From the NCBI GenBank assembly GCA_039810425.1, contig JBDHWW010000004.1:32001-96000 (forward strand): a stretch of 64,000 bases of DNA. Reading direction: 5' to 3'. The position numbers and the translations under genes are program-made. A model generated the notes under the pieces. That model had not been told where the DNA came from and searched no databases. It saw nothing but the letters and a program-made list of their open reading frames with translations. The stretch comes from Pseudobdellovibrionaceae bacterium. GTDB lineage: Bacteria > Bdellovibrionota > Bdellovibrionia > Bdellovibrionales > Bdellovibrionaceae. The number at the start of each line of letters is the position of its first letter. Position 1 is the stretch's first letter. This document shows positions 37,184 through 51,647 of this stretch, piece after piece.

Positions 37184-37258
37184 GCCCTTGTAGCTCAGTG
37201 GTAGAGCGCACCCTTGGTAAGGGTGAGGTCGTCGGTTCGGCTCCGATCAAGGGCTCCA
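37184..37258 (+). tRNA. tRNA-Thr(GGT)
   Basis: caccc-tt-GGT-aa-gggtg; encoded CCA; T-loop TTCGGCT. Confidence 0.95.
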
Positions 37259-37371
37259 TCAATGTGTCTCTAAGGGTCATTTAGGGTCAGATTGTTGGAA
37301 TTGTTTTGAAGTTTGTTTTGATTTGAATTTGAATTTTACAAAATTAATAAAAATCTCTTCAGGAGGAAATA

Positions 37372-38562
<1,191 letters not shown>

Positions 38563-38654
38563 TTGCGTCTTCATTTAAATTGAAGATTGACAGCCAGGGG
38601 ACATCTCGACGAGATTGTCCCCTTCGGCTATTTAGGGCTTAAAATTTATGTTGC

Positions 38655-38730
38655 AGGGGTGTAGCTCCAGCGGTAGAGCGAACGACTCCAAATCGTTAGG
38701 TCGTGGGTTCGAATCCCTCCGCCCCTGCCA
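38655..38730 (+). tRNA. tRNA-Trp(CCA)
   Basis: aacga-ct-CCA-aa-tcgtt; encoded CCA end; canonical position before secE. Confidence 0.97.
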
Positions 38731-38772
38731 GTTTATCAAGAGCTAAACTCTTTTGTGGAAGTAGAGAGCACA

Positions 38773-39150
38773 ATGGAAAAGACAAACTCAAAAGTTATCA
38801 CTCTCAGCTTTGCTATTGCCGGCGCCCTGTCTGGCCTCGTAGTAAGCTTGCTAATTAAAGCATTTGCTGGTGCCTTTGCCGTCGTAGCTCGTGCTGCGGA
38901 CTCAGACATCTTCCGTCACGGCTTGCCGTTGATCGTGGGCTTCGGTATTTTTGCTTATTTTCAATTTAACTCTAAAATCGTTACTTGGGCTGACGAAGTC
39001 GTGGCTGAAGTTCGCAAGGTTGTATGGCCGACTCGCAAGGACACTACTGCAATGACGATCGTTGTGATCATCATGGTTTTGATCTCTAGCTTGATCATCA
39101 GTTCTTTCGATTTGATGTCTGGATACGTTATTAACTACCTCATGAGATAG
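38773..39150 (+). CDS. secE: Preprotein translocase subunit SecE (three TM form)
   Basis: EVRKVVWPTRKDT motif; synteny. Confidence 0.95.
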   Translation: MEKTNSKVITLSFAIAGALSGLVVSLLIKAFAGAFAVVARAADSDIFRHGLPLIVGFGIFAYFQFNSKIVTWADEVVAEVRKVVWPTRKDTTAMTIVVIIMVLISSLIISSFDLMSGYVINYLMR

Positions 39151-39159
39151 GAAGTGACC

Positions 39160-39693
39160 ATGGATAAAAAGTGGTACATCGTAAATACTCAGACCGGTTG
39201 TGAAGCCACAGCTAAAACTGCCATTGAAGAGCGCGTTCGCTCTCAAAAGATGGAACAGTTCTTTGGTCAAATTTTGATCCCTTCTGAAAACGTTGTGGAA
39301 CTGGTTAAGGGGCAAAAGCAGACAAAATCCCGTAAATTCTTCCCGGGCTACATGTTCGTTCAAATGTTCTTAAATGACGAGACATGGCATCTTGTAAAAC
39401 ATTCATCAAAGGTGACAGGCTTCGTTGGGGGTGCTAAAACTCGTCCTCCCGAAGTTCCAGAGGCCGAAGTTTTGCGCGTAACTCAGCAGATGGCTGGCGT
39501 TGCCGAAAAACCAAAACCGAAGGTGAAATTTTCCGTGGGTGAGAACGTGACGGTTATTGACGGCCCATTCTCTAACTTCAGCGGAACTGTTGAAGAGATC
39601 AATGAGGACAAAGCGAAAGTGAAAGTTCTCGTGAGCATCTTCGGAAGACCAACTCCAGTGGAGTTGGACTTCATTCAGGTGGAAAAACACTAG
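39160..39693 (+). CDS. nusG: Transcription termination/antitermination factor NusG
   Basis: KWYIV, FPGYMFV, KOW motif [19 protein letters not shown]. Confidence 0.98.
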   Translation: MDKKWYIVNTQTGCEATAKTAIEERVRSQKMEQFFGQILIPSENVVELVKGQKQTKSRKFFPGYMFVQMFLNDETWHLVKHSSKVTGFVGGAKTRPPEVPEAEVLRVTQQMAGVAEKPKPKVKFSVGENVTVIDGPFSNFSGTVEEINEDKAKVKVLVSIFGRPTPVELDFIQVEKH

Positions 39694-39754
39694 TTTTTTA
39701 ACTCCCTAAATTTAGGGAGAATTATTAATAACAACCCTATTGCAGGAGTGGGTC

Positions 39755-40180
39755 ATGGCAAAAAAAGTTACAGGAATGATCAAGCTGCAGATACCGGCAG
39801 GGAAAGCGAATCCAGCTCCTCCCGTTGGACCGGCGCTCGGACAGCATGGGGTAAACATCATGGAATTCTGTAAGCAGTTCAATGCTCGTACGCAAGCATT
39901 GGGTGATAGCATCATCCCTATCATTATTACAGTTTACCAAGACAGATCGTTTACCTTCATCACAAAAACACCTCCGGTGTCTTCTCTGATCAAGAAAGCA
40001 TTGAAATTGGAATCAGGTTCCAAAATGCCTCAGAAAGATAAAGTTGGTAAAATCAAGAACGATCAAGTGAAACAAATCGCAACTACTAAGTTGCCGGATT
40101 TGAACTGCTTGAAAGTAGAGTCCGCTATGTCGCAAGTTATTGGTACTGCGAAGAGCATGGGCATCGAGCTTGCGGACTAA
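39755..40180 (+). CDS. rplK: 50S ribosomal protein L11
   Basis: [20 protein letters not shown]. Confidence 0.98.
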   Translation: MAKKVTGMIKLQIPAGKANPAPPVGPALGQHGVNIMEFCKQFNARTQALGDSIIPIIITVYQDRSFTFITKTPPVSSLIKKALKLESGSKMPQKDKVGKIKNDQVKQIATTKLPDLNCLKVESAMSQVIGTAKSMGIELAD

Positions 40181-40191
40181 GGTGGTGATGT

Positions 40192-40896
40192 ATGGCAAAT
40201 AAAAGATTCAAAGCAGCGGCTAAAAAAGTTGATTCTACAAAGAAATACACTGTAGACGAAGCGTTCAAAATGGTTGTTGAAAATGCGACAGCAAAATTCG
40301 ACGAAACTATCGACGTGGCTCTTCGCCTTGGTATTGATCCAAAACAATCTGACCAGCAAGTTCGTGGCGCGATCGCGCTTCCTCATGGTCTTGGTAAAAC
40401 CGTAAAGGTTGTGGTTTTCGCGAAAGGCCCTAAAGAGGCTGAAGCGAAAAATGCAGGCGCAGACTTCGTAGGCGCGGACGACCTCGTGGCTAAAATCCAA
40501 GGAGGTTGGTTAGACTTCGACAAATGTATTGCGACACCGGATATGATGGCGACTGTTTCTAAGGTTGCTAAGATTCTTGGTCCTCGTGGTTTGATGCCAA
40601 ACCCAAAAGTTGGCACTGTGACTATGGCCGTTGGAGAGGCAGTGACTGCTGAGAAGAAGGGTAAATTGGATTTCCGCGTTGATAAAGCGGGTATTGTACA
40701 CGCTGGCATCGGCAAAAAATCCATGGGTGATGCTAAGCTTCGCGATAACTTCCTCACTTTGATGGGAGCTATCTTGAAAGCAAAACCTGCTTCTTCAAAA
40801 GGTATCTATCTTCAATCAATTGCTGTGTCCTCGACAATGGGTCCAGGCATGAAGTTAGATACGAACCAAGCAGCTAGCGTTGCTGTGAGTGTTTAA
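40192..40896 (+). CDS. rplA: 50S ribosomal protein L1
   Basis: KFDETID, LGPRGLMPNPKVGT. Confidence 0.98.
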   Translation: MANKRFKAAAKKVDSTKKYTVDEAFKMVVENATAKFDETIDVALRLGIDPKQSDQQVRGAIALPHGLGKTVKVVVFAKGPKEAEAKNAGADFVGADDLVAKIQGGWLDFDKCIATPDMMATVSKVAKILGPRGLMPNPKVGTVTMAVGEAVTAEKKGKLDFRVDKAGIVHAGIGKKSMGDAKLRDNFLTLMGAILKAKPASSKGIYLQSIAVSSTMGPGMKLDTNQAASVAVSV

Positions 40897-40917
40897 TTAA
40901 TTTTTATAAAAACTATT

Positions 40918-41040
40918 GCGATCAGAGACAGTAGGTCGTCCCCAGTTTAACCGCCGGGGACTTTAATTCCAGATGGATCCTACCGAGATAAGGCAAAAAG
41001 AGTTTACTTCCCAAAGTACCTCCCGAAACCGACCTGACTC
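40918..41040 (+). ncRNA. Ribosomal protein L10 leader (cis-regulatory RNA)
   Basis: AGACAGTAGG...TTAAT...CCTACCGAG pattern upstream of rplJ. Confidence 0.75.
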
Positions 41041-41069
41041 GCATAAATCTAGTGAAAGGAGGCCCTTAT

Positions 41070-41600
41070 ATGATGATCACTCGTGCTGATAAAGAACAAG
41101 AGATTAAGCTTTTGACTGACAAACTTGCCAAGTCAAAAGGGGCCTTCGTCGTAGATTTCAAAGGTATGAAAGTGGAGCAGGTTACTTCTCTCCGTAAAAA
41201 ACTTCATACTTCTGAATCTGAGATGAAGGTTGTTCGTAATACTCTTGCTAAAAGAGCGCTAAAAGATCACCCAGCCGTAGAGAAAGCTTTGACGACTTCC
41301 CTTAAAGGAACCAATGCAATTGTGTTCTCTTATGGCGAGGTTAATGCCACTGCTAAAGTTTTGGCGGACTTCGCGAAAGACGTTGAAGTTTTGCAAATCA
41401 AAACTGGTGTAATGGACGGCGAAGGAATGGACGCTGCAAAGATTAATTTCTTGGCGACTCTTCCTGGCAAAGATCAGCTTCGTGCGCAATTCTTGGCTAC
41501 TCTTAATGCTCCGGCGGCAAAACTCGCTCGTTGCATTAACGAATACGTTAAGAAATTGGGTGGCGAAGATGCTTCTGCTGCAGCGGCTCCACAAGCGTAA
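41070..41600 (+). CDS. rplJ: 50S ribosomal protein L10
   Basis: [26 protein letters not shown]; synteny. Confidence 0.96.
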   Translation: MMITRADKEQEIKLLTDKLAKSKGAFVVDFKGMKVEQVTSLRKKLHTSESEMKVVRNTLAKRALKDHPAVEKALTTSLKGTNAIVFSYGEVNATAKVLADFAKDVEVLQIKTGVMDGEGMDAAKINFLATLPGKDQLRAQFLATLNAPAAKLARCINEYVKKLGGEDASAAAAPQA

Positions 41601-41653
41601 TTGTGAAGTTATTATTTGTATTTATTTTTTAAAAATTTATTTCGGAGGATTTT

Positions 41654-42025
41654 ATGTCTTTGACTAATGATCAATTGATCGACGCATTGTCGACTAAAAC
41701 TGTTCTTGAACTTGCTGAGCTTGTTAAAATGTTGGAAGAGAAGTGGGGCGTTTCTGCTGCTGCTCCTGTAATGATGGCTGGAGGCGCAGGCCCTGCGGCT
41801 GCTGTTGAAGAAAAAACAGCTTTCGATGTCATTCTCGTTGACGCAGGAGCTAACAAAATCAACGTTATTAAAGAGGTACGTGGCTTGACTGGTTTGGGCT
41901 TGGCAGAAGCGAAAGCTCTTGTTGAAGCTGGTGGCAAAGCAGTTAAAGAAGGCGCTACTAAAGAAGACGCTGAGAAAATTAAAAAGGCTCTTGAAGCAGC
42001 CGGCGCGAAAGTTCAAGTTAAGTAA
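41654..42025 (+). CDS. rplL: 50S ribosomal protein L7/L12
   Basis: [31 protein letters not shown]. Confidence 0.98.
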   Translation: MSLTNDQLIDALSTKTVLELAELVKMLEEKWGVSAAAPVMMAGGAGPAAAVEEKTAFDVILVDAGANKINVIKEVRGLTGLGLAEAKALVEAGGKAVKEGATKEDAEKIKKALEAAGAKVQVK

Positions 42026-42040
42026 TCATTTTATGATCTT

Positions 42041-42082
42041 ATGGCCTCTTTTTGAGCAGTATTGCAAAAAAGAGGCCATTTT
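42041..42082 (+). terminator. Intrinsic terminator after rplL
   Basis: atggcctctttttg...caaaaaagaggccat-ttt. Confidence 0.75.
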
Positions 42083-42104
42083 GCGTTTTTCTTGAAAAGC
42101 AACA

Positions 42105-42133
42105 TTGACCCCTAGACGTAGGGGGATTATATT
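42105..42133 (+). promoter_or_regulatory. Sigma70 promoter for rpoBC
   Basis: TTGACC-N17-TATATT immediately after the rplL terminator. Confidence 0.65.
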
Positions 42134-42250
42134 TTTTCGGCTATGCTTTTGCCGAAGGGATCGGTTTACCCCTATCCCAGTGTATTTCTAGTGTTGAAAC
42201 ATGAGAACGGTTTCAACGACTTAGATGGTTTGATCTTTAAGGGAGATTAG

Positions 42251-45200
42251 ATGGATAAAACTCCAATCACGGCCTCAAATCTGCGTATCAGAAAATCTTT
42301 CGCACAAAACAAACAAGTTATCGACATTCCAAATCTGATTGAATTGCAAAAATCTTCTTACGAAGCGTTCTTGCAAAAAGATACAGATCCAGATCGTCGT
42401 GGAGAAGCTGGTCTTAACGGAGTTTTCAAATCCGTATTCCCAATCAGCGACTTCAATAATACTGCGAGCTTGGAATTCGTGAGCTACACTCTCGAGCCGG
42501 CTAAGTACGACGTTGATGAGTGCCGACAGCGCGGAATGACTTTCGCAGCGCCAATCAAAGTAACTCTTCGTCTTATCGTATTCGACGTTGATGAAGAAAC
42601 TGAAGCACGCAGCATCCGAGATGTAAAAGAACAAGAAGTATATCTCGGGGAAATTCCTCTCATGACTGCGAATGGTTCTTTCATTATCAATGGTACTGAG
42701 CGCGTTGTTGTGTCTCAGTTGCATCGTTCTCCGGGCGTATTCTTCGACCACGATGGCGGTAAAAACGCGACTTCTGGTAAACTCATCTACTCTGCACGCG
42801 TGATCCCTTATCGCGGTTCTTGGTTAGATGCTGAGTTTGACCAAAAGGATTTGATCCACGTCCGCATCGATCGTCGCCGCAAATTCCCTGTGACGATCCT
42901 TTTGAAAGCTCTTGGTTACAATACTGAAAAACTTCTCGAATACTTTTACGATCTCGATGAAGTTTATGTAAAATCTGGCAAGCTCTACAGAAAACTCGAC
43001 ATCGAAAGAATGTCTGGTCAACGTGCGATTGCTGATATCGTAGATCCTAAAACTGGTGAAGCACTCGTTAAAGCGGGTCGTCGTATCACTCGTGCTGTTG
43101 TTAAGAAAATCAAAGACATCAACCTGACTGAGGTTGATGTTAATCCAGAGGATTTGGATGGTAAGGTCCTGGCGAAGCCTTTGATCGACGAATCTACGGG
43201 TGAAATCATCGCTGATGCGAATGCAGAGTTGAGCGCCAGCTTGATCAAGAAGGCAGTCGCTTTAGGTATCGATCGGTTCTTCATGATCTTCTTTGACGGT
43301 TTGACCGTCGGTCCTTATCTCAGAAACACTTTGCTTGTTGATAAAGTTAACAACAAAGATGAGTCGTTGATCGAGATCTACAAGCGCCTTCGTCCTGGTG
43401 AGCCTCCTACATTGGAAGCCGCAACGGCATTCTTCCAACGCTTGTTCTTTGATCCTGAGACATATGACCTCTCTGAAGTAGGCCGTATCAAGATCAATCA
43501 TAAATTCGGTATCTCTATGGAGGAATGCCCTCCTGAGTTCAGAACTCTGACTCATAAGGATATCCTTTCTACTATTAAAACTTTGATCGACCTTAAGAAT
43601 GGTCGCGGCGTGATCGATGATATCGATCACTTGGGTAACCGCCGTGTTCGTTCCGTAGGCGAGTTGTTGGAAAACCAATACCGTATCGGTCTCGTTCGTA
43701 TGGAGCGTGCGATTCGTGAGCGTATGTCCCTCCAAGACGTTGAGACGATGATGCCTCATGACCTTGTGAATGCAAAGCCAGTGAACGCGGTTGTTAAGGA
43801 ATTCTTCGGTTCATCTCAATTGTCACAGTTCATGGATCAAACAAATCCATTGTCTGAGATCACGCACAAGCGTCGCTTGTCCGCTCTCGGTCCCGGTGGG
43901 TTGACTCGTGACCGTGCCGGCTTCGAAGTGCGCGACGTACATCCCACGCACTATGGTCGTATTTGCCCAATCGAAACGCCAGAGGGCCCAAATATCGGCT
44001 TGATCTCGTCTTTGGCAACGTACGCTCGTATTAACAATTACGGCTTTATCGAAACGCCATACCGTAAGGTTGAAAGCGGTAAAATTTCTTCAAGCATCAA
44101 TTACTTGTCTGCTTTGGAAGAGGCGGGTCACTACATCGCTCCAGCAGCGCGCGATGAAGCTGGCCATAAAGAAATTCAAACTCCAACCACCATCACTCGT
44201 CGTGACGGGGAGTATGAAATCGTTGATAAGGAAAAAGTTGGTTTGATGGACGTTTCTCCATCCCAACTCGTTTCTATCGCGGCTTCTTTGATTCCATTCC
44301 TTGAGCATGATGATGCCAATCGGGCATTGATGGGATCGAACATGCAACGTCAAGCAGTGCCATTGCTCCGTTCTCGCGCTCCACTTGTTGGTACGGGCGT
44401 TGAGAGACTCGTTGCCCGCGATTCTGGCACATCTGTTGTTGCGTTGAATGACGGTATCGTTGAAGAGGTAGATGCATCTCGTATCGTTATCCGCCGTTTT
44501 GCAAAGGGTGGCGAACTCGGTGCAAACGTTGATATCTACAACTTGACGAAGTATCAAAGAACAAACACGAATACATGCTTCAATCAAAAACCTATCGTAA
44601 AAGTAGGCGATCGTATTTCGAAGAGCGATATTCTCGCTGATGGTCCGGCAACTGAGCTCGGCGAGTTGGCTCTTGGCCAAAACATCTTGGTCGCGTTCAC
44701 CCCTTGGATGGGTTACAATTTCGAAGATTCTATTTTGATCTCTGAGCGTCTTTTGAAAGAAGACGTTTATACATCCATCCACATCGAAGAATTCGAATGT
44801 GTTGCTCGTGATACAAAACTTGGTAAAGAAGAAATCACACGCGATATCGCGAACGTGGGTGAAGAGGCCCTTAAAGACCTCGATACGTCAGGTATCATCC
44901 GTATTGGTGCTGAAGTTCGTCCAGGTTATATCCTTGTTGGTAAAGTAACACCGAAAGGCGAGACTCAGCTTTCTCCTGAAGAAAAACTCTTGAGAGCGAT
45001 CTTCGGTGAAAAGGCTGGCGACGTTCGTGATACCTCGCTCCGCGCCCCATCTGGTGTTTACGGGACCGTGATCGATGCTCAAGTTTACTCTCGTGAAGGC
45101 GCAGACCGCGATGAACGTTTGTCGTCAATCATCGAAGAGAAAAAACGCAAGCTTGAAAAAGACTTGGCCGTTGAACAGAACGTTATCAAAAATAACGCGA

Positions 45201-46465
45201 TTTCTAAACTCCGCGATATTTTGGTGGGTAAAGTCACTACGGGCGTTCTTTTGAACGAAGATGGTAGTCAAAAATTATTAAACAAAGGTCAAAACCTAAC
45301 AGAGGCGGACCTAGAAACTATTCCATTTGAGCTCTTGAGCTATATTCCTCTCGAGCAAGATCTTGAGTTCCAAGTGAATAAGATCATCGATGGCGCCCGC
45401 AACCAATTGGATGCTGTTAAGTTGGTATTCAATGAGAAGATCGAGCGTCTCCGTAAAGGTGACGAGCTTCCTCCAGGCGTTATCAAAATGGTTAAAGTTT
45501 ACGTTGCGATTAAACGTAAACTTCAAGTTGGTGATAAGTTCGCCGGCCGCCACGGTAATAAGGGTGTTGTCTCTAAAGTATTGCCTTTGGAAGACATGCC
45601 TTACTTGGCAGATGGTACTCCAGTAGACATGGTTTTGAATCCATTGGGCGTTCCTTCGCGTATGAATATCGGACAAATCTTGGAAGTTCACTTGGGTTGG
45701 GCGGCTCGTAATTTGGGTACTCAGCTTTCAGCGTACATCCAAAACTTCAAGTCTGATGAAGCACGTAAAGCCATGAAAGATGTGTTCAGTGACTCGGATA
45801 TCTCTGCAAAAATTGATAAAGCAGATGACGATTCATTGAGGCAAATGCTCGTAAAAATGAAAGACGGTGTGCATGTTGGTACGCCTGTATTTGATGGCGC
45901 TCGTGAAAAAGACGTGAAGGGCTTGTTGGCAAAAGCAGCTCTTCCTGAGCGCGCACAAGCTATTCTCTTTGACGGTCGTTCTGGTGAACCATTCACGAAC
46001 CCTGTCACAGTGGGCATCATGTACATGCTGAAACTGCATCACTTGGTAGAAGAAAAGATCCATGCTCGTTCCATTGGACCTTACTCACTCGTTTCCCAAC
46101 AACCACTGGGCGGTAAAGCACAGTTTGGTGGTCAGCGTCTCGGGGAGATGGAGGTTTGGGCGATCGAAGCATACGGTGCAGCTTATTCATTGCAAGAGTT
46201 CCTCACTGTTAAGTCAGATGACGTGGCGGGAAGAACACGCATGTATGAAAGTATCGTGAAGGGTGAAAACATCCTCGAGCCAGGCTTGCCTGAATCGTTC
46301 AACGTATTGGTGAAAGAGCTGCAGTCTCTGGCATTGAATGTTGAGTTGATGGAATCCGATATCTTGAGAGATCAAGACGAAGATTCTGAAGAGGCTGAAA
46401 TGGAAGAGGTGATTGCGGCTCCGGATATTCCGACTTCGGAAAAACCGGGCAGCAATCAACATTAG
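42251..46465 (+). CDS. rpoB: DNA-directed RNA polymerase beta subunit
   Basis: [41 protein letters not shown]. Confidence 0.99.
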   Translation: MDKTPITASNLRIRKSFAQNKQVIDIPNLIELQKSSYEAFLQKDTDPDRRGEAGLNGVFKSVFPISDFNNTASLEFVSYTLEPAKYDVDECRQRGMTFAAPIKVTLRLIVFDVDEETEARSIRDVKEQEVYLGEIPLMTANGSFIINGTERVVVSQLHRSPGVFFDHDGGKNATSGKLIYSARVIPYRGSWLDAEFDQKDLIHVRIDRRRKFPVTILLKALGYNTEKLLEYFYDLDEVYVKSGKLYRKLDIERMSGQRAIADIVDPKTGEALVKAGRRITRAVVKKIKDINLTEVDVNPEDLDGKVLAKPLIDESTGEIIADANAELSASLIKKAVALGIDRFFMIFFDGLTVGPYLRNTLLVDKVNNKDESLIEIYKRLRPGEPPTLEAATAFFQRLFFDPETYDLSEVGRIKINHKFGISMEECPPEFRTLTHKDILSTIKTLIDLKNGRGVIDDIDHLGNRRVRSVGELLENQYRIGLVRMERAIRERMSLQDVETMMPHDLVNAKPVNAVVKEFFGSSQLSQFMDQTNPLSEITHKRRLSALGPGGLTRDRAGFEVRDVHPTHYGRICPIETPEGPNIGLISSLATYARINNYGFIETPYRKVESGKISSSINYLSALEEAGHYIAPAARDEAGHKEIQTPTTITRRDGEYEIVDKEKVGLMDVSPSQLVSIAASLIPFLEHDDANRALMGSNMQRQAVPLLRSRAPLVGTGVERLVARDSGTSVVALNDGIVEEVDASRIVIRRFAKGGELGANVDIYNLTKYQRTNTNTCFNQKPIVKVGDRISKSDILADGPATELGELALGQNILVAFTPWMGYNFEDSILISERLLKEDVYTSIHIEEFECVARDTKLGKEEITRDIANVGEEALKDLDTSGIIRIGAEVRPGYILVGKVTPKGETQLSPEEKLLRAIFGEKAGDVRDTSLRAPSGVYGTVIDAQVYSREGADRDERLSSIIEEKKRKLEKDLAVEQNVIKNNAISKLRDILVGKVTTGVLLNEDGSQKLLNKGQNLTEADLETIPFELLSYIPLEQDLEFQVNKIIDGARNQLDAVKLVFNEKIERLRKGDELPPGVIKMVKVYVAIKRKLQVGDKFAGRHGNKGVVSKVLPLEDMPYLADGTPVDMVLNPLGVPSRMNIGQILEVHLGWAARNLGTQLSAYIQNFKSDEARKAMKDVFSDSDISAKIDKADDDSLRQMLVKMKDGVHVGTPVFDGAREKDVKGLLAKAALPERAQAILFDGRSGEPFTNPVTVGIMYMLKLHHLVEEKIHARSIGPYSLVSQQPLGGKAQFGGQRLGEMEVWAIEAYGAAYSLQEFLTVKSDDVAGRTRMYESIVKGENILEPGLPESFNVLVKELQSLALNVELMESDILRDQDEDSEEAEMEEVIAAPDIPTSEKPGSNQH

Positions 46466-46506
46466 TAATTAATTTAATTAACAACAAGAAAATGTAGGGG
46501 TGAGCC

Positions 46507-49500
46507 TTGAGAGACTTGTTGAACTTTTTTGATAAACCGAAAGATCCACTTAGTTTTGACGCCGTCAGAGTATCTCTGGCGTCGCCAGAAATGATCCGTG
46601 ACTGGTCATTTGGTGAGGTAAAAAAACCTGAGACAATCAACTATCGTACTTTCAAACCTGAGCGTGATGGTTTGTTCTGTGCAAAGATTTTCGGTCCTAT
46701 TAAGGATTACGAATGCTTGTGCGGTAAGTACAAACGTATGAAATATCGTGGAGTGATCTGCGAGAAGTGTGGCGTTGAAGTTACGCAAACTAAAGTTCGT
46801 CGTGAAAGGCTTGGCCATATTGAGTTGGCAACTCCTGTTGCTCACATCTGGTTCTTGCGTTCGCTTCCTTCTCGCATCGGCAACTTGCTCAATCTTTCTT
46901 TGAAAGACGTTGAGAAAGTTTTGTACTGCGAGGCTTACGTCGTTATCGACCCAATGGAAACGACTCTTGAAGAGGGCGCGGTTCTTTCGGAAGAGGCTTA
47001 CCAAGGCGCTCTGAACGAATTCGGTCCTACTTTTAAAGCGGGCATGGGCGGTGAAGCTGTTCGTGAACTTTTGAGAAAGATCGATCCTGAATACTTATCT
47101 CGTAAACTCCGCATGGAGATCAAAGAGACTAAGTCTGAGGCTCAAATTAAAAAATTGTCTAAGCGTTTGAAAGTTGTAGAGGCTTTCAAAAACTCCATTA
47201 ATAAAACTGAATGGATGATGTTGGAAGCGCTTCCGGTTCTTCCTCCGGATCTTCGTCCATTGGTTCCATTGGATGGCGGTCGCTTCGCGACTTCAGATCT
47301 GAATGATCTTTATCGGCGCGTAATTAACCGTAACAACCGTTTGAAACGTCTTCAAGAGCTGAACGCTCCAGACATCATCATCCGCAATGAAAAACGCATG
47401 CTTCAAGAAGCTGTGGATGCATTGTTGGATAATGGTCGTCGCGGTAAGACTTTCACCGGCCCAAACAAACGTCCTCTTCGCTCACTTTCTGACATGCTCA
47501 AAGGTAAGCAAGGTCGTTTCCGTCAAAATCTTCTTGGTAAGCGCGTAGACTACTCTGGTCGTTCTGTGATCGTAGTAGGCCCTACTTTGAAGCTTCACCA
47601 ATGTGGTCTTCCTAAGGCTATGGCTCTCGAGTTGTTCAAACCTTTCGTGTATAACAAGCTCGAAGAAAAAGGTTTTGCGACAACAATTAAGCAAGCTAAG
47701 AAAATCGTAGATCAGCAAGCAGTTGAGGTTTGGGATATCCTTTCTGACGTGGTTAAAGAGCATCCGGTTCTTTTGAATCGTGCTCCCACTCTGCACAGAC
47801 TTGGTATCCAAGCTTTTGAACCGGTATTGCACGAAGGTAAAGCGATCCAATTGCATCCGCTCGTTTGTACGGCGTTTAACGCCGACTTTGACGGTGATCA
47901 AATGGCTGTTCACGTTCCGTTGTCAGTAGAAGCGCAAGTAGAGGCTCGCGTTTTGATGATGTCTACAAATAATATCCTTTCTCCAGCGTCTGGTAAGCCA
48001 ATCATCAATCCGTCTCAAGATATTATCTTGGGCATGTACTGGTTGACTCGTGTACGTCCTGGCGCGAAGGGTACCGGCAAAATATTCTCTAGCGTTTCTG
48101 AAGCTCAATACGCTTACGAGACTGGCTTGGTGGATTTGCAAGCTCTTTGTAAAGTTCGTATCAACGGTAAACTCGAAGAGACTTCAGTTGGCCGCGCGAT
48201 CTTGTCTGACTCTGTTCCTCGCGAAGTTCCTTTCAACGAAGTGAATCTGGTGATGAATAAGAAGCAAATCGCCGCCCTGATTGATAAAACATTCCGTGTT
48301 GCCGGCGCAAAAGCGACTTGCATCCTTGCGGATAAGATCATGGAACTCGGTTTCAAGTATTCTACAGCAGCAGGTATGTCGATTTGTATCGATGACATGG
48401 TTATTCCAGCCGCTAAGGCGACTTTGATTGCTGACGCAGAAAAGCAAGTGACTGAGATCCAGCAACAGTACGACGAAGGCTTGATCACAGATGGTGAGCG
48501 CTACAATAAAGTAGTGGATATCTGGGCACAAACTGCAGACCGCGTTGCTAAAGAAGGTATGACTGCGATCGAGAAACAGAAATTTGTTATCGATGGCAAA
48601 GAGACTGTTGGTCCGTCATTCAACCCAATCTTCATCATGGCTGACTCTGGAGCCCGCGGTTCCGCGAATCAGATCCGTCAGTTGGGTGGTATGCGTGGTT
48701 TGATGGCGAAGCCTTCTGGTGAAATCATCGAAACACCGATCACTGCAAACTTCCGTGAAGGTTTGACAGTTATCCAGTACTTCATTTCTACACACGGTGC
48801 GCGTAAAGGTTTGGCCGATACGGCATTGAAGACCGCAAACTCAGGTTATTTGACCCGTCGTTTAGTTGACGTTGCTCAAGACGTTGTTGTCAGTGAAACA
48901 GATTGCGGTACGACAGATGGCTTGGAAGTTACACCGCTTTACGAAGCCGGTGAAATCATTCAGCCAATCGGTGAGCGTCTCTTGGGACGTACAGCTTTGA
49001 AAGAAGTTTTGGATCCTTACACTAATAATGTTGTCATCCCTGCGAACCACGAATTTACAGAGAGCGATGTTAAGAAGGTGGAAGCTCTTGGTATTGATAA
49101 GGTAACGATCCGTTCTGCCCTGACTTGCCAGTCGAACCGTGGTGTTTGTATCCGTTGTTACGGACGTGACTTGGCTCGTGGTGCGACTGTGAATATGGGT
49201 GAGACTGTCGGTATTATCGCTGCTCAATCCATCGGGGAGCCGGGCACTCAGTTAACGATGAGAACGTTCCACTTAGGTGGTGCCGCTTCTCGTGCGGTTG
49301 AACAATCTGTTCACACGACTCGTTACGATGGAACTATTAAGTTAACAAACGTTCATGCTGTGCCTAATCGTCAAGGTAAACTCACTGTTATGAATCGTAA
49401 CGGCGAAGCTTTGGTAATCGATGAGGCAGGTCGTGAAAGAGAAAGATTTAAGCTTGTTTATGGCGCTGTCCTTAACTTCAAGGAGGGCGAAAAGGTTGTA

Positions 49501-50628
49501 AAAGGAGGTACCGTTGCAGAATGGGATCCTTACTCCAACCCAATCATCGCCGAGTTGTCTGGTAAGATCGCTTACCAGGATATCGAAGAAGGCGCGACCA
49601 TGACGGAGCAAGTGGATGCTGTAACAGGCTTCGCGACGAAGGTTATTACTGAAAGTAAATCTTCTGATGTGAAACCAACAGTATTCTTGACTGATGTTAA
49701 TGGTAAACCAATGACATTGCCAGGCCGTGATATCCCTGCCCGTTATCTGATCCCTGTTGGGGCTCAGCTACTCGTTGCTGACGGACAAGAAGTTCACTCT
49801 GGTGATATGATTGCGAAAATGCATCGTGAGACTTCCAAAACGAAGGATATCACGGGCGGTCTTCCACGCGTTGCCGAGTTGTTTGAGGCTCGTAAACCTA
49901 AAGAAGCTGCAATCATTTCTGAGATTGATGGTTACGTTACTTTCGGTAAGGACGTTAAAGGTAAACAACGCGTGATCGTGACTCCTGAAGTGGGTGAGCA
50001 AAAAGAATATCTAATACCTAAAGGTAAGCACGTTGCCGTTCGTGAAGGCGAGTACGTAAGAGCTGGTGAGGCGCTTATGGATGGGCCTACAAACCCACAC
50101 GATATCTTGGCGGTTCTTGGCGAAAAAGCGTTGTCTGCATATCTTGTGAATGAAATCCAAGAAGTTTACAGACTTCAGGGTGTCGGTATCAATGACAAGC
50201 ACATCGAAGTGATTGTTCGCCAGATGCTCCGTAAAGTGGAAGTTCGTGACCCGGGTGATACGCGTTTCCTTGCAGGTGAACAGGTTGAAAAATATACCTT
50301 TGAGCAAGAGACAACTCGCGTTGCAAATGAGGGTGGCCAAACGGCGACTCATGCGCCATTGCTCCTCGGCATCACTAAAGTATCTTTGAGCACCGACAGC
50401 TGGATTTCTGCTGCTTCCTTCCAAGAGACTACAAAGGTTCTTACGGAAGCTGCTATTAACTCTAGAACGGACAACCTCAGAGGACTTAAAGAGAACATCA
50501 TCATGGGTCGCTTGATCCCGGCCGGTACCGGTTTGACTTCTTACAAACGCTGGAAAGTGGTTGTAAAGGAGGATGAGGATGTTCCTTTCGTCTCTTTGCC
50601 GGGAATGTCGGCGACAGCAACGCCGTAG
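46507..50628 (+). CDS. rpoC: DNA-directed RNA polymerase beta' subunit
   Basis: [10 protein letters not shown] catalytic motif, Zn-binding Cys motifs; TTG start. Confidence 0.99.
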   Translation: MRDLLNFFDKPKDPLSFDAVRVSLASPEMIRDWSFGEVKKPETINYRTFKPERDGLFCAKIFGPIKDYECLCGKYKRMKYRGVICEKCGVEVTQTKVRRERLGHIELATPVAHIWFLRSLPSRIGNLLNLSLKDVEKVLYCEAYVVIDPMETTLEEGAVLSEEAYQGALNEFGPTFKAGMGGEAVRELLRKIDPEYLSRKLRMEIKETKSEAQIKKLSKRLKVVEAFKNSINKTEWMMLEALPVLPPDLRPLVPLDGGRFATSDLNDLYRRVINRNNRLKRLQELNAPDIIIRNEKRMLQEAVDALLDNGRRGKTFTGPNKRPLRSLSDMLKGKQGRFRQNLLGKRVDYSGRSVIVVGPTLKLHQCGLPKAMALELFKPFVYNKLEEKGFATTIKQAKKIVDQQAVEVWDILSDVVKEHPVLLNRAPTLHRLGIQAFEPVLHEGKAIQLHPLVCTAFNADFDGDQMAVHVPLSVEAQVEARVLMMSTNNILSPASGKPIINPSQDIILGMYWLTRVRPGAKGTGKIFSSVSEAQYAYETGLVDLQALCKVRINGKLEETSVGRAILSDSVPREVPFNEVNLVMNKKQIAALIDKTFRVAGAKATCILADKIMELGFKYSTAAGMSICIDDMVIPAAKATLIADAEKQVTEIQQQYDEGLITDGERYNKVVDIWAQTADRVAKEGMTAIEKQKFVIDGKETVGPSFNPIFIMADSGARGSANQIRQLGGMRGLMAKPSGEIIETPITANFREGLTVIQYFISTHGARKGLADTALKTANSGYLTRRLVDVAQDVVVSETDCGTTDGLEVTPLYEAGEIIQPIGERLLGRTALKEVLDPYTNNVVIPANHEFTESDVKKVEALGIDKVTIRSALTCQSNRGVCIRCYGRDLARGATVNMGETVGIIAAQSIGEPGTQLTMRTFHLGGAASRAVEQSVHTTRYDGTIKLTNVHAVPNRQGKLTVMNRNGEALVIDEAGRERERFKLVYGAVLNFKEGEKVVKGGTVAEWDPYSNPIIAELSGKIAYQDIEEGATMTEQVDAVTGFATKVITESKSSDVKPTVFLTDVNGKPMTLPGRDIPARYLIPVGAQLLVADGQEVHSGDMIAKMHRETSKTKDITGGLPRVAELFEARKPKEAAIISEIDGYVTFGKDVKGKQRVIVTPEVGEQKEYLIPKGKHVAVREGEYVRAGEALMDGPTNPHDILAVLGEKALSAYLVNEIQEVYRLQGVGINDKHIEVIVRQMLRKVEVRDPGDTRFLAGEQVEKYTFEQETTRVANEGGQTATHAPLLLGITKVSLSTDSWISAASFQETTKVLTEAAINSRTDNLRGLKENIIMGRLIPAGTGLTSYKRWKVVVKEDEDVPFVSLPGMSATATP

Positions 50629-50698
50629 TAAGCGTGTAATTATTAGAGGGTGGGGAACTGAAGTCAGCTCCCTGTATACAAAATTTATAAACTAGGGC

Positions 50699-50727
50699 TT
50701 GACCCGCCTAAGAACGAGGGTTAGGTT
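50699..50727 (+). promoter_or_regulatory. Putative sigma70 promoter of the str operon
   Basis: TTGACC-N17-TAGGTT. Confidence 0.5.
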
Positions 50728-50770
50728 CCTGCATCCGTACATTGGGAATAATTGTTATAAGGGGTTCGAA

Positions 50771-51145
50771 GTGCCTACAATTAATCAGCTCATCAAAAGT
50801 GAGCGTATTGTTCAAAAAAACCAAACTAAGTCACCAGCTTTGACTTCTTGTCCTCAGCGTCGTGGAGTTTGCACTCGCGTGTACACTACGACTCCAAAGA
50901 AGCCAAACTCAGCTTTGCGTAAAGTTGCCCGTGTTAGATTGTCTAACGGCTATGAAGTGACTTCTTACATTCCTGGAATTGGTCATAACCTCCAAGAGCA
51001 CAGCGTTGTTTTGATTCGCGGTGGTCGTGTGAAGGACTTACCAGGTGTTCGTTATCACATTATTCGCGGTGTATTGGATCTTCAAGGTGTTAACGGACGT
51101 CTTCGTGGACGTTCTAAGTACGGCACCAAGAGACCTAAGAAATAG
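50771..51145 (+). CDS. rpsL: 30S ribosomal protein S12
   Basis: GTG start [27 protein letters not shown]. Confidence 0.98.
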   Translation: MPTINQLIKSERIVQKNQTKSPALTSCPQRRGVCTRVYTTTPKKPNSALRKVARVRLSNGYEVTSYIPGIGHNLQEHSVVLIRGGRVKDLPGVRYHIIRGVLDLQGVNGRLRGRSKYGTKRPKK

Positions 51146-51164
51146 TCATTAAGAGGTTATAGAA

Positions 51165-51638
51165 ATGTCACGTCGTAAAAAGACCTTTAAAAGAGAAATT
51201 ATTCCAGATCCAGTTTTCAAAGATCTCGTTGTTGCGAAATTCGTTAACAAAATGATGATCCAAGGTAAAAAAGGCACTGCCCAAGCGCTTTTCTACGGAG
51301 CTCTTGACGAACTCAAGGGAAAAGTACCAAACGAAGAGCCTATCTCTATCTTGAAAAAAGCTATCGAAAACGTGAAGCCTTCTATTGAGGTTCGTTCACG
51401 CCGTGTTGGTGGAGCGACTTACCAGGTTCCTGTCGATGTTCGTCCTTCACGTCGCCTTGCTTTGGCTATGCGTTGGCTGATCGCATACTCTCGCGAGCGC
51501 GGTGAGAAGGACTTCTCTAAGCGCCTTGCTGGTGAATTGATGGATGCTTTCAATAATCGTGGTAACTCCATTAAGAAAAAAGATGACGTCCACAGAATGG
51601 CTGAGGCCAACAAGGCGTTTTCTCACTACAACTGGTAG
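51165..51638 (+). CDS. rpsG: 30S ribosomal protein S7
   Basis: [25 protein letters not shown]. Confidence 0.98.
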   Translation: MSRRKKTFKREIIPDPVFKDLVVAKFVNKMMIQGKKGTAQALFYGALDELKGKVPNEEPISILKKAIENVKPSIEVRSRRVGGATYQVPVDVRPSRRLALAMRWLIAYSRERGEKDFSKRLAGELMDAFNNRGNSIKKKDDVHRMAEANKAFSHYNW

Positions 51639-51647
51639 TCCTTCCTA

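Noticed and set aside
42251..50628. Inteins, splits or fusion in rpoB/rpoC
   Set aside because: Both are continuous, of normal length and separated by a normal intergenic gap
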